NCBI GenBank assembly: GCA_036259935.1
Contig: DATAAV010000134.1
Location: 1 to 53,226, forward strand
Direction: 5' to 3'
Length of the DNA: 53,226 nucleotides
Source of the DNA: Geodermatophilus sp.
Lineage (GTDB): Bacteria; Actinomycetota; Actinomycetes; Mycobacteriales; Geodermatophilaceae
Shown: one piece after another, positions 8,780 to 18,085 of the stretch
Numbering within the stretch: the first letter of the stretch is position 1
Layout: every line of letters starts with the position of its first letter
Position numbers and translations under genes: made by a program
Notes under the pieces: generated by a model
What the model was told of the DNA's origin: nothing
The model's input: only the letters and a program-made list of their open reading frames with translations
The model's database searches: none

Positions 8780-10821
8780 CGACCAGCCTGCCCCGCTCCG
8801 TCGACCCGGCGCGGCTCACCGAGGTGCTCGACGGGCGGTGGGCCCACGTCCGCCGGGATGCCCGGGAACACCTGCACGACCCGGAGTTCCTGCCCGTCTA
8901 CGGCGAGACGATGGCCGAGGCCCGCGAGCGGGTGACCCGCATGGCGCGCAGGCTCGCGGAGTCCGGCCGGGTCGGGCTGGGCTTTCCCAAGGCCTACGGC
9001 GGGGAGGCGGATTCCGGCGGCTCGATCGCCTCGATCGAGATGCTCGCCTTCGGCGACCTGTCGCTGATGGTGAAGGCCGGCGTCCAGTGGGGCCTGTTCG
9101 GCGGCGCCGTCCAGCTGCTCGGCACCGCGCACCACCACGGGGCCTACCTGCGCGACATCATGAGCTTCGACCTGCCCGGCTGCTTCGCGATGACCGAGAC
9201 CGGCCACGGCTCCGACGTCCAGCAGCTGCGGACGACGTGCACCTACGACCCCGAGACGCAGACGTTCGACCTGCACACCCCGCACGAGGCCGCGCGCAAG
9301 GACTACATCGGCAACGCGGCCGAGGACGGCCGGATGGCGGTGGTCTTCGCCCAGCTGATCACCCAGGGCAAGAGCCACGGCGTGCACGCCTGGCTGGTGC
9401 CGATCCGCGACGCCGACGGCAATCCCTGCCCCGGCGTCACCATCGGCGACGACGGCCCGAAGGCCGGCCTGCTCGGCGTCGACAACGGCCGGCTGAGCTT
9501 CGACCACGTGCGCGTGCCCCGCGAGATGCTGCTCGACCGGTACGGCCAGGTCACCGAGGACGGCACCTACACCAGCTCGATCGAGAACGAGACCCGCCGC
9601 TTCTTCACCATGCTCGGCACGCTGGTGCGCGGGCGGGTCAGCGTCGGCGGCTCGGCGGGCTCGGCCACCAAGCTCGCGCTCGACATCGCCGTCCGCTACG
9701 GCGAGGTCCGCCGGCAGTTCGCCGCGCCCGGCAAGGACCGCGAGATCGTGCTCAACGACTACCTGGTGCACCAGCGCAAGCTGCTGCCGGCACTGGCCAC
9801 CTCCTACGCGCTGCACTTCGCGCAGGAGGAGCTGGTCGGCACCATGCACGACGTCCAGACGGCGGTGCACGAGCACGGCGAGGAGATCGACGAGCACGCG
9901 CAGCGCGAGCTGGAGTCCCGCGCCGCCGGGCTCAAGGTGGCCCAGACCTGGCACGCCACCCGCACCATCCAGATGTGCCGCGAGGCGTGCGGGGGCGCCG
10001 GGTACCTGCAGGAGAACCGGCTGCCGCACCTGAAGGCCGACACCGACGTCTTCTCCACGTTCGAGGGCGACAACACCGTGCTGCTCCAGCTGGTGGCCAA
10101 GGGGCTGCTCACCGGCTACCGCGACGCGTTCGGCTCCCTCGACGGCTGGGGCAAGGCCGCGTTCGTCGCCGACCTGGTCCGCGAGACGGTCCTGGAGCGG
10201 ACGGCGGCCCGCGGGCTGATCCAGCGGCTGGTCGACGCCGTCCCCGGCCGCGACGACGACGTCCCGATGCTCTCCCGCGGCTGGCAGCTGCGGATGTTCG
10301 AGGACCGGGAGAAGCACACCCTCGAGGGGGCCATCCGCCGGCTGCGCAAGGGCGCGGCCACCCCCGGCGTCGAGCCGTTCGACATCTTCAACGACGTCCA
10401 GGACCACGTGCTGCGCACGGCGCAGACGCACATCGACCGCGTCGTCCTGGAGGCCTTCGTCGCCGCGATCGACCGGACTCCCGACCTCGCCGCGCGGGCG
10501 CTGCTGAACCGGCTCTGCGACCTGTACGCCCTGTCCACGATCGAGGCGGACAAGGCCTGGTTCCTCGAGCACGGGCGGCTCACGCCGACCCGGGCGAAGG
10601 TGCTGACCGCGACGGTCAACCAGCTGCTCAAGGAGCTGCGGCCGCACATGGTCACCCTGGTGGACGCCTTCGCCATCCCCGAGGACTGGAAGGCCGCGGC
10701 GATCCTGCGCGAGGAGGCCGAGCGCCAGGAGGTCATGGCCGCGCGCGACGCCGAGCTGCGGGCCGGCGCCGGCACCCGGGAGGGCACCGCCACCGCCCTG
10801 GAGGTCGCCCCGGCCCAGTGA
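8776..10821 (+). CDS. Acyl-CoA dehydrogenase/oxidase family protein
   Basis: GCFAMTETGHGSD, CREACGGAGY, FSTFEGDNTVL, ACOX-like C-terminal domain; GTGA overlap and AGGAGG RBS. Confidence 0.9.
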   Translation: MTTSLPRSVDPARLTEVLDGRWAHVRRDAREHLHDPEFLPVYGETMAEARERVTRMARRLAESGRVGLGFPKAYGGEADSGGSIASIEMLAFGDLSLMVKAGVQWGLFGGAVQLLGTAHHHGAYLRDIMSFDLPGCFAMTETGHGSDVQQLRTTCTYDPETQTFDLHTPHEAARKDYIGNAAEDGRMAVVFAQLITQGKSHGVHAWLVPIRDADGNPCPGVTIGDDGPKAGLLGVDNGRLSFDHVRVPREMLLDRYGQVTEDGTYTSSIENETRRFFTMLGTLVRGRVSVGGSAGSATKLALDIAVRYGEVRRQFAAPGKDREIVLNDYLVHQRKLLPALATSYALHFAQEELVGTMHDVQTAVHEHGEEIDEHAQRELESRAAGLKVAQTWHATRTIQMCREACGGAGYLQENRLPHLKADTDVFSTFEGDNTVLLQLVAKGLLTGYRDAFGSLDGWGKAAFVADLVRETVLERTAARGLIQRLVDAVPGRDDDVPMLSRGWQLRMFEDREKHTLEGAIRRLRKGAATPGVEPFDIFNDVQDHVLRTAQTHIDRVVLEAFVAAIDRTPDLAARALLNRLCDLYALSTIEADKAWFLEHGRLTPTRAKVLTATVNQLLKELRPHMVTLVDAFAIPEDWKAAAILREEAERQEVMAARDAELRAGAGTREGTATALEVAPAQ

Positions 10822-10827
10822 GGCCCA

Positions 10828-10900
10828 TCACCCGATGATCATCGGCGAGTGGCTGCTCGACACGCCGGCGAGGACAGCCACCCGCCGATGATCACGGTGA
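10828..10900. repeat. TGATCATCG-bounded hairpin repeat (family C)
   Basis: Reverse complement nearly identical to 43464-43522; lies between convergent stops. Confidence 0.8.
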
Positions 10901-10901
10901 C

Positions 10902-12446
10902 TCAGACGGCGGCCCCCGCCCGGGCCGAGGGGGCCGGGAAGCCGCCGACCAACTGCTCGAAGGCGTGCGCCACCCGCAGGCACGTCGCGTCCTCGAAGCG
11001 CCGCCCGACGAGCATCATCCCGACCGGCAGGCCCTCGGAGAGCCCGGCCGGCACGCTGGTGGCCGGATGCCCGCTGACGTCGAACGGCGCGCAGTTGACG
11101 ATCATCTCCAGCCCGCGGGCCACCCGGATCTCCAGCGGGTCGTCCGGCGCCGGGATCGGCCGGGCCACCATCGGCACGGTGGGAAGGAGCAGCAGGTCGA
11201 CGTCGGCCAGCGCGGCGTCGTACTGCCGGCGCACCTCGGTGGCCAGGTTCTGCGCCATCGCGTAGTGCCGGGTCTGCTCCCGCTCGATCGACCAGCGGCC
11301 GGCCAGCGCCACCGCGGTCACCGTGGGCGACCAGCGGTCGGCGACCTCGCGCCGCTGCCGGCCGTAGTAGGCGATGAGCTCCGGGTCGTACAGCCCCTCC
11401 CAGTTGTGGCCGTAGCCGTTGCCCTCGATCATCTGGATCGTCGCACCGTCGGTGGCGATGACGTTCCAGACGTGCAGCGCGTGCCGGTGCCACGGCAGGT
11501 CGACGTCGACCACCTCGATGCCGAGCTCCCGCAGCCGGCCGGCCGCCGTCCGGACCGTGTCGTCGACGCCGGGCTCGGACAACTCCGCCCAGCCGAAGCC
11601 CTGCGCGAGGACGCCGACCCGCAGCCCGCTGACGTCCCCGCCCAGCGCGGCCGCGTACGACTCGGGGGCCAGGTCGGCCGGCTGGCGCGGGTCGTGCCCG
11701 TCGCGGCCGGCGAGCACGTCGAGCACCGCGGCGGCGTCGGCGACGGTGCGGGTCATCGGGCCCAGGTGGTCGAGGGTCAGCTCGATGGGGAATGCGCCGG
11801 TGTAGGGCACCAGCCCGTGCGTGGGCTTGTGACCGACGATGCCGCAGAACGCGGCGGGCATCCGGATCGAGCCACCCTGGTCCCCGCCGATGGCCAGGTC
11901 CACCTCGCCGGCGGCGACCAGCGCGGCGCTGCCGCTGGAGCTGCCGCCGGTGGTGCGCGACGGGTCCCACGGGTTGCGCACCGGTCCGGTCACCGAGGTG
12001 TGGCTGCCCCCCGAGAAGCAGAGATCCTCGCAGACGGCCTTGCCGGTGATCGTGGCGCCGGCCTCGAGCAGGCGGGTGACCACCGTGGCGTCGCGCGCGG
12101 GCACGAAGCCCTCGAGGGTGTGCGAGCCGTTCATCATCGGCACGCCGGCGACGGCGACGTTGTCCTTGATCGCGACGGTGCGCCCGGCCAGCGGTCCCTC
12201 GGCGGCCCCGCGGATCTCCGTCGTCACGTACCAGGCGCCCAGCGGGTTGTCGGCGGGGCGGTCGCTCGGACGGTCGTCCGGTGGCTGCGGAGCCATGCCG
12301 GCGTACAGCTGCTCGACCGCGTCGTAGGAGGTGAGGAACGCCGCCACGAGCGGCGTGTAGGCGGCCACCTCCGCGTCGGCGGGGTGCATCCCGTAGCTGC
12401 GCGCGAGCGCGGCCACCTCGTTCTCGTCCGGCGGGCGTACGGGCAC
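10902..12446 (-). CDS. Amidase signature family enzyme (CX3C subgroup)
   Basis: IAIKD Lys, GGSSSGS, DQGGSIR, CEDLC; AAGGAGG before GTG 12446. Confidence 0.92.
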   Translation of the reverse strand: MPVRPPDENEVAALARSYGMHPADAEVAAYTPLVAAFLTSYDAVEQLYAGMAPQPPDDRPSDRPADNPLGAWYVTTEIRGAAEGPLAGRTVAIKDNVAVAGVPMMNGSHTLEGFVPARDATVVTRLLEAGATITGKAVCEDLCFSGGSHTSVTGPVRNPWDPSRTTGGSSSGSAALVAAGEVDLAIGGDQGGSIRMPAAFCGIVGHKPTHGLVPYTGAFPIELTLDHLGPMTRTVADAAAVLDVLAGRDGHDPRQPADLAPESYAAALGGDVSGLRVGVLAQGFGWAELSEPGVDDTVRTAAGRLRELGIEVVDVDLPWHRHALHVWNVIATDGATIQMIEGNGYGHNWEGLYDPELIAYYGRQRREVADRWSPTVTAVALAGRWSIEREQTRHYAMAQNLATEVRRQYDAALADVDLLLLPTVPMVARPIPAPDDPLEIRVARGLEMIVNCAPFDVSGHPATSVPAGLSEGLPVGMMLVGRRFEDATCLRVAHAFEQLVGGFPAPSARAGAAV

Positions 12447-12549
12447 GGCTGCCTCCTTGAGCGGTCGGGGAGGGTGTGCTGCGCAAGCTAGCGACGCGGC
12501 GCCCGCCCTGTCACCGGCTGTCGTCGGCCCGCGGTGGGGCGACCGGAGA

Positions 12550-13290
12550 ATGGCCCCCGTGGAGATCCTCGCCGCGGCGGCCGAGACGTTGCGGGTGCCG
12601 CCGGCCGTCGACCTCGCCGCGATCGTGGTCGGCGCGCTCACCGGCGGCCTGCTCGCGGCCCGGGAGGGGTTCGCCGTCTCCGGCGTGCTGCTGCTCGCGG
12701 TCACCGGCGGGCTCGGCGGCGGGCTGATCCGCGACGTGCTGCTCGCCGCGGGCCCGCCGGTCGCGCTGACCAACCCGGCCTACCTGCCGACGGTGGCCGT
12801 CACCGCCGCGGTCACCTTCTTCTTCTCCGGGTGGCTCTCCCGCCTCACCGGGCTGCTGGTGGTGCTCGACGCGGTCACCCTCGGCTTCTTCACCGTCATC
12901 GGCGCGCAGAAGGCCCAGCTCGCCGGGATGCCCAGCGCCTCGGTGGTCTTCATCGGCACGCTCACCGCCGTCGGCGGGGCGGTGCTCCGCGACATGCTGC
13001 TGGCCCAGCGCGCGGACATCGTCGAGCCCGGCCCGTACAACGCCGTCGCCGCGCTGATCGGGGCGGGCGCGCTCACCGTGCTCGCCGGGCCGCTGGGTCT
13101 GGAACCCATCCCGGTGGCCGCGGTGGTGATCGTCCTCGTCGCCGCGCTGCGGGTGCTGTCGGTCTGGCGGGGCTGGGAAGCACCGGTCGCCGTCGATCTG
13201 CCCGGCCGCGCCCGCACCCGGCTCGGTCAGGCCCGCGCGATCCGCCGTCCGGGCGGCCTGCGGCGGCTGCGCCGGCGCGACGGGAGCTGA
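12550..13290 (+). CDS. UPF0126 / trimeric intracellular cation channel (TRIC) family membrane protein
   Basis: Repeated GLGGGLIRDVLL and AVGGAVLRDMLL, LDAVTLGFF. Confidence 0.85.
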   Translation: MAPVEILAAAAETLRVPPAVDLAAIVVGALTGGLLAAREGFAVSGVLLLAVTGGLGGGLIRDVLLAAGPPVALTNPAYLPTVAVTAAVTFFFSGWLSRLTGLLVVLDAVTLGFFTVIGAQKAQLAGMPSASVVFIGTLTAVGGAVLRDMLLAQRADIVEPGPYNAVAALIGAGALTVLAGPLGLEPIPVAAVVIVLVAALRVLSVWRGWEAPVAVDLPGRARTRLGQARAIRRPGGLRRLRRRDGS

Positions 13291-13299
13291 TCCGGCCCT

Positions 13300-16137
13300 C
13301 TAGCCCTCGGTACCCGCCTGCGGGTGCACGGCAGGAGCCGGCGCGATGCCCGGCGGCACGATCTGCGGGCCGGCCTCGATCGGGCGGGGCTCGTCCTGCG
13401 GGTGCAGCCGCACGGCCAGGAGCGCCACGTCGTCCTCCGCGTCGGGGAGGAACATCCGCTCCAGCACCCGGTCGCAGATCTCCTCGAGCGGCAGGCCGAC
13501 GTACTCGCGCAGGACGGCGGCCAGTTCGGCGGTACCGGCGTCGAGGTCGCGGTCGCGCCGCTCCACCAGCCCGTCGGTGTACAGGAAGACCGTGCTCCCC
13601 GCGGGCAGCACGGTGACCCGGTCCGACCGCGGGGTGGCCGGGTCGACGCCGAGCAGCAGGTCGGCAGTGTGCGGCTCGGCCACGGTCACCCGCCCGTCCG
13701 GCTGCACGACCACCGGGGCCAGGTGACCGGCGCTGGACCAGCGCAGCCGGGTCTGGTTGCGGCGCAGGTCCGCCTCGTCCTGCTCGAGCCGGGCGACCAG
13801 GGCGGTGGCCATCGTGCCCAGCGCCAGGCCGCGCAGCGCCCGGTCCAGCTGGGTCAGCACCTCCGACGGCGGCGCGCCGCTGGAGAAGCTGATGCCGCGC
13901 AGCAGGCCGCGGACCTGCCCCATCGCCGCCGCGGCGCGGCTGTCGTGGCCGACGACGTCGCCGATCACCAGCACGGTGGCGCCGCCGGCCTCCAGGAACG
14001 CGTCGTACCAGTCGCCACCGATCTCCACCCCGGCGGCGGCGGGCACGTAGCGGACGACGATCTCGCAGTGGTCGGGCTCCGGCGGCGCGGTGAGCATGCT
14101 GTGCTGGAGCGCGTCGGCCAGCGCCCGCTGCTGCCCGAACAGGCGGGCGTTGTGCAGCGCCAACCCGGCCCGGCGGCCCACCTCCACCGTCGTGTCGATC
14201 TCGGCCTGGGTGTGCGGCCCCCGCTCGGGGTCGGTGAACACCCCGAGGGCACCCAGCGTCGCCCCGCGGGCGGTCAGCGGCACGATCGCGCCCGACTCCA
14301 GGCCCAGCCGCTGCAGCGCCGCCTGCGTCGCGGGGTCGGGCAGGGCCCGCTCCACCGTCGCCCGGTCGATGTGCGGCAGCACCAGCGGCCGGCCGGTGCG
14401 GGTGACCACCCGGGCGGCGGCCGCGTCGGTCATCGCGCTCACCATCGAGCGCACGTAGGCCTCGAGCTCGGCGTTGCGGGCCGGGTCGCGGTGCGCCGAG
14501 GCCAGCGCGTGCAGCCGGCCCTGCTCGTCGGTGACGACGATCCAGCACCAGTCCCCCAGCGTGGGGACGACGAGGTCGGCGAGCTGACCGATCTGCTGGG
14601 TGATGTCGAGGCTGCCCGACAGCACCCGGCCTACCTCGGCCAGCAGCTCCAGCCGCGCGGTGGCCTCGCTCATCGCGGCGACCGCCCGGGCCCGCTCGGC
14701 GTCGGCCTGCAGCTTGGACGCGCTGAGCGCGATCTGCGCGGTGAGCGCCTCGAGCACCTCCAGGTCGTCCTCGGCGAAGTCGTGGTCCTTCTGCCAGACC
14801 GCCACGAAGCCGCCCAGCACCCGCCCCTCCACGCGTAGCGGCAGCGCGGCCAGCGCACGGATGCCGAGGAGCGCGTTGATCGCCGTCATCCGGGGGAACC
14901 GGTCCTCCCCCTCCTCGGGGCGGGACAGCAGCAACCGCTCGCCGTGGCGGGCGACGTACTGCATCGGCAGCGAGTCGTCCATCGGCAGCTCGACGCCGTC
15001 CTCGGGGAGCTGGATGTCCTCCCCCGCCTCGACGGTGTCGATCAGGTCGCGGGTCATGTGCAGCCGCAGCGGACCGCCGTCGTGGTCGAAGACGGCCAGC
15101 GCGCTGGAGCGGGCGCCGAGGACCTGCACGCCGCGCTGGGCGATGCCGGCCAGGTCCTGCAGCCTCGTGGCGTTGGCCAGCTGCGCGGCCACCTCGGCCA
15201 TCGCGGCGGCGCGGTGCACCGCGAACAGCCGCTGCCGGGCCTCCTCCCGGGCGCCGGTGACGTCGAGGATGGTGCCGAGCATCCGCACCGGCTCACCCCG
15301 GGAATCGGTGACGACCCGGCCCCGGGACACCGTCCACAGCTCCGTGCCGTCCCGCCGGAGCACGCGGGCCTCGGCCATGAACTCCGCGCGCCGCTCGATC
15401 GCCGTACGCATGGCCTCCTGGACGGCGGCGTGATCGTCGGGGTGGACGAAGTCCTCGAGCGCCCGGTCCAGCGAGTCGAGCTGGGTGGCGCCGTCGACTC
15501 CGAACAGCGCGGCGCTGCGCTCGTCCCACAGCAGCGTGCCGGTGCGCAGGTCGCGCTCCCAGATCCCGACCGAGCTGGCCTCGAGCGCCACGTCCAGCCG
15601 GGCGAGGGAGGCGCCGATGGCCGACCGGGCCGCCGCGAGCTCGAGCTCGGCGATGACCGAGGCGCCCAGCTGCTCCAGCAGGGCGGCCTCGTCGTCCGAC
15701 CACTCGCGCGGCCTGGTGTCGTAGACGGCCAGGACGCCGACGACGTGACCGGACGCCGCGACGAGGGGCGCCCCCAGATAGGCGGCGACCTGCCCGGAGG
15801 TGACCGCCGGCAGCCGGGCGACCCGCTGGTCGTGCGCGGCGTCGGGCACGACCAGCGGCGCGCCCTGCCGCACGGTCAGCGCCGAGATCGCCCCGGTGAG
15901 CAGCGCCGGACCCCCGACCACGCCAGGCGGCAGGCCGTGGCCGCCGATGACGGTGTCCTCGGCGGTGAACAAGGTGACCTTGGCGTGGCCGGTGCCCAGC
16001 ATGCGGGCGGCCAGGCTGGAGAGCCGGTCGTAGGCCGCCGGCCCGGAGACCTCCGTCAGCAGCCGGCGGGCGGCGTTGACGCGGTGCGGGTCGCGCAGGA
16101 CGTCGACGGGCACGCGGGCAGCCTCGGAACCGGCCAC
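13300..16137 (-). CDS. GAF-PAS-GAF-GAF SpoIIE/PP2C family protein phosphatase
   Basis: IGGDWYD, IGDVVGH, SSAGH, LYTDGLVE, EDDVALL; PAS FVHPDD; GGAGGAGG RBS before GTG 16137. Confidence 0.92.
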   Translation of the reverse strand: MAGSEAARVPVDVLRDPHRVNAARRLLTEVSGPAAYDRLSSLAARMLGTGHAKVTLFTAEDTVIGGHGLPPGVVGGPALLTGAISALTVRQGAPLVVPDAAHDQRVARLPAVTSGQVAAYLGAPLVAASGHVVGVLAVYDTRPREWSDDEAALLEQLGASVIAELELAAARSAIGASLARLDVALEASSVGIWERDLRTGTLLWDERSAALFGVDGATQLDSLDRALEDFVHPDDHAAVQEAMRTAIERRAEFMAEARVLRRDGTELWTVSRGRVVTDSRGEPVRMLGTILDVTGAREEARQRLFAVHRAAAMAEVAAQLANATRLQDLAGIAQRGVQVLGARSSALAVFDHDGGPLRLHMTRDLIDTVEAGEDIQLPEDGVELPMDDSLPMQYVARHGERLLLSRPEEGEDRFPRMTAINALLGIRALAALPLRVEGRVLGGFVAVWQKDHDFAEDDLEVLEALTAQIALSASKLQADAERARAVAAMSEATARLELLAEVGRVLSGSLDITQQIGQLADLVVPTLGDWCWIVVTDEQGRLHALASAHRDPARNAELEAYVRSMVSAMTDAAAARVVTRTGRPLVLPHIDRATVERALPDPATQAALQRLGLESGAIVPLTARGATLGALGVFTDPERGPHTQAEIDTTVEVGRRAGLALHNARLFGQQRALADALQHSMLTAPPEPDHCEIVVRYVPAAAGVEIGGDWYDAFLEAGGATVLVIGDVVGHDSRAAAAMGQVRGLLRGISFSSGAPPSEVLTQLDRALRGLALGTMATALVARLEQDEADLRRNQTRLRWSSAGHLAPVVVQPDGRVTVAEPHTADLLLGVDPATPRSDRVTVLPAGSTVFLYTDGLVERRDRDLDAGTAELAAVLREYVGLPLEEICDRVLERMFLPDAEDDVALLAVRLHPQDEPRPIEAGPQIVPPGIAPAPAVHPQAGTEG

Positions 16138-16330
16138 GCACCCTCCTCCGGGCCAGCCGCGGTTCCTCCGATGAGCCGCGTCACCACTCCATGCTGACAT
16201 GCGACTCCGGAGCGGAACCGTACAGTCCGCTCTCGTCGTCGCGCGTGTCCCCGCACGTGATCCTCCCCCGGCGGGGTGAGCGGGACGCTCGCGCGGTCAG
16301 GATGCCCGGTGCGCGCGTCGATGGGGCGGC

Positions 16331-17422
16331 ATGCCGGCCACCCGCACGAGCATCCTCCCGGACTGCCGTCCGCTGCTCGCCGATCCCGACGACCTCACGC
16401 TGGTGTTCCAGCCGATCGCCGACCTCGCCGCGGCCCGGACCGCCGGCTGGTCGGCGCTGGCCCGCTTCCCGGGCACCGCCGGGCCGGAGGTCTGGTTCGC
16501 CGCCGCGGCGGAGCTGGGGCTGGCCGCCGAGCTCGAGGCGCTCGCGCTGACCAAGGCGCTGGCCGCGCTGCCGCTCCTGCCCGACGACACCTTCCTGACC
16601 GTGGCCGTCAGCGCTGCCCTGCTGGACTCCGGGCCGGTGCAGGAGGCGCTGGCCGACGCCGGCGACCTCCGCCGGGTGGTGGTCGAGCTGACCGGGCCGC
16701 CGCCGGCCGACCTGCCCGAGCTGCAGCGGCGGACGACGGTGCTGCGCGCCCGGGGTGCGCGCGTCGCGCTGCACGACCCGGGCCGCGGCATTCCGGACCT
16801 CCGGCACATGGCCGCGCTGCGCCCGCAGCTCGCCCGGCTCGACCGGGCACTGCTCGCCGACGCCGGCACCGACCCGGTGACCACGGCACTGGTGGAGGCG
16901 GTGGCCGGGTTCGCCGAGCGGACCGGCGCCCGGCTGCTGGGCTCGGGCGTCGAGACCGCAGGAGAGCTGGCCGCCCTGGTCGGCCTCGGCGTGCCACTGG
17001 CCCAGGGCTGGCTGCTGGGCCGGCCCGTCCCGGACCTCCAGCCGCTGACGCCGGAGAGCGCCCGGCTGGTCCGCGCCCAGGTCGTGCGGGCCCGGGTGCC
17101 CGAGACGGTGGCCAGCCTGCTGCGACCGGTTCGCCGGTGCGAGGCCGACGCCCCGGCGCCCGGGATGCCGCCGGCGGTCGTCGTCGGCCCGCTCGGCGAG
17201 CCGCTCGCGCTGCTGCTGGCCGACCTGCGCACCGGCGCGGCCTGCACCGTCCCGGTGTCGCTGCAGGTTGCCCCGTCGGCGGACATCGCCGGCACGCTGC
17301 ACCGCGCACTCGCCCGGCCGGCGGCCCGGCGCTTCGACCCGGTGGTCTGCACCGATGCGGGCGGCGCCGTGCTCGGCCTGCTGCGGGTGGACGACCTCGC
17401 CTCGGCGGCCTGCAGCCGCTGA
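16331..17422 (+). CDS. Degenerate EAL-domain protein with a C-terminal CBS-like region
   Basis: LVFQPI..GWSALAR, VVELT, ALHDPGRG, GVET, QGWLLGRP. Confidence 0.82.
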   Translation: MPATRTSILPDCRPLLADPDDLTLVFQPIADLAAARTAGWSALARFPGTAGPEVWFAAAAELGLAAELEALALTKALAALPLLPDDTFLTVAVSAALLDSGPVQEALADAGDLRRVVVELTGPPPADLPELQRRTTVLRARGARVALHDPGRGIPDLRHMAALRPQLARLDRALLADAGTDPVTTALVEAVAGFAERTGARLLGSGVETAGELAALVGLGVPLAQGWLLGRPVPDLQPLTPESARLVRAQVVRARVPETVASLLRPVRRCEADAPAPGMPPAVVVGPLGEPLALLLADLRTGAACTVPVSLQVAPSADIAGTLHRALARPAARRFDPVVCTDAGGAVLGLLRVDDLASAACSR

Positions 17423-17687
17423 CGACCCGGCGTCCATCCGGATCAGGTGGGGCCGGTGTGACCCGCGGGGCCGGTCCCGACCCCCCGCAGTGGCGGCGCA
17501 GCGGGCCGGCATGGCAGCGTGCCTCCCCGTCCGACCTCGGCGAACGCCTCGCCGGGGCCCGGACGACCCGCCCGGCCCGCGACTCTTCCCCGCGGCCGGG
17601 GGACGCCCTGCGGGCGCTGCCGCGTCCCGGGGAGCCGGCCGGCCGCGCGCCGTGCCGCGGCACCTGACAACACACGAGAGGAACCCC

Positions 17688-17972
17688 GTGAACAAAGCCG
17701 AACTCGTCTCCGCCATCGCCAAGCGCGCCGACGTCCCGGCCTCGACCGTCGACTCGGTGATCGCCGGCCTGCAGGAGGAGCTCGTCGACGCGATCACCCG
17801 CGGCGAGAAGGTCGCCGTGTCCGGTCTGCTGACCGTCGAGCGCACGCAGCGCTCCGCCCGGACCGGCCGCAACCCGCAGACCGGCGAGTCGATCGAGATC
17901 CCGGCCGCCAACACCGTGAAGCTCACGGCCGGCTCGACCCTGAAGAAGGCCGCCGGCAACGTGCCGGTCTGA
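17688..17972 (+). CDS. hup: HU family DNA-binding protein
   Basis: NKAELVSAIA..RTGRNPQTGESIEIPA..GSTLKKA; GAGAGG RBS. Confidence 0.93.
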   Translation: MNKAELVSAIAKRADVPASTVDSVIAGLQEELVDAITRGEKVAVSGLLTVERTQRSARTGRNPQTGESIEIPAANTVKLTAGSTLKKAAGNVPV

Positions 17973-18085
17973 TCCGCGGCACCGGCGGGCGGCTCCGCAC
18001 CCGTGTGTCCCGGCTCACCGCCGCGTGGGTCAGGATGCGGGGCGGACGCCGCCCGCCGGGGACGGCGTCCCGGAACGGAGGACGC

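Noticed and set aside
4457-10821. Lipid cluster as a novel biosynthetic gene cluster
   Set aside because: It matches the widespread actinobacterial fadA2-fabG4-htdX/TetR/acyl-CoA dehydrogenase module, and there is no PKS, NRPS or ACP.
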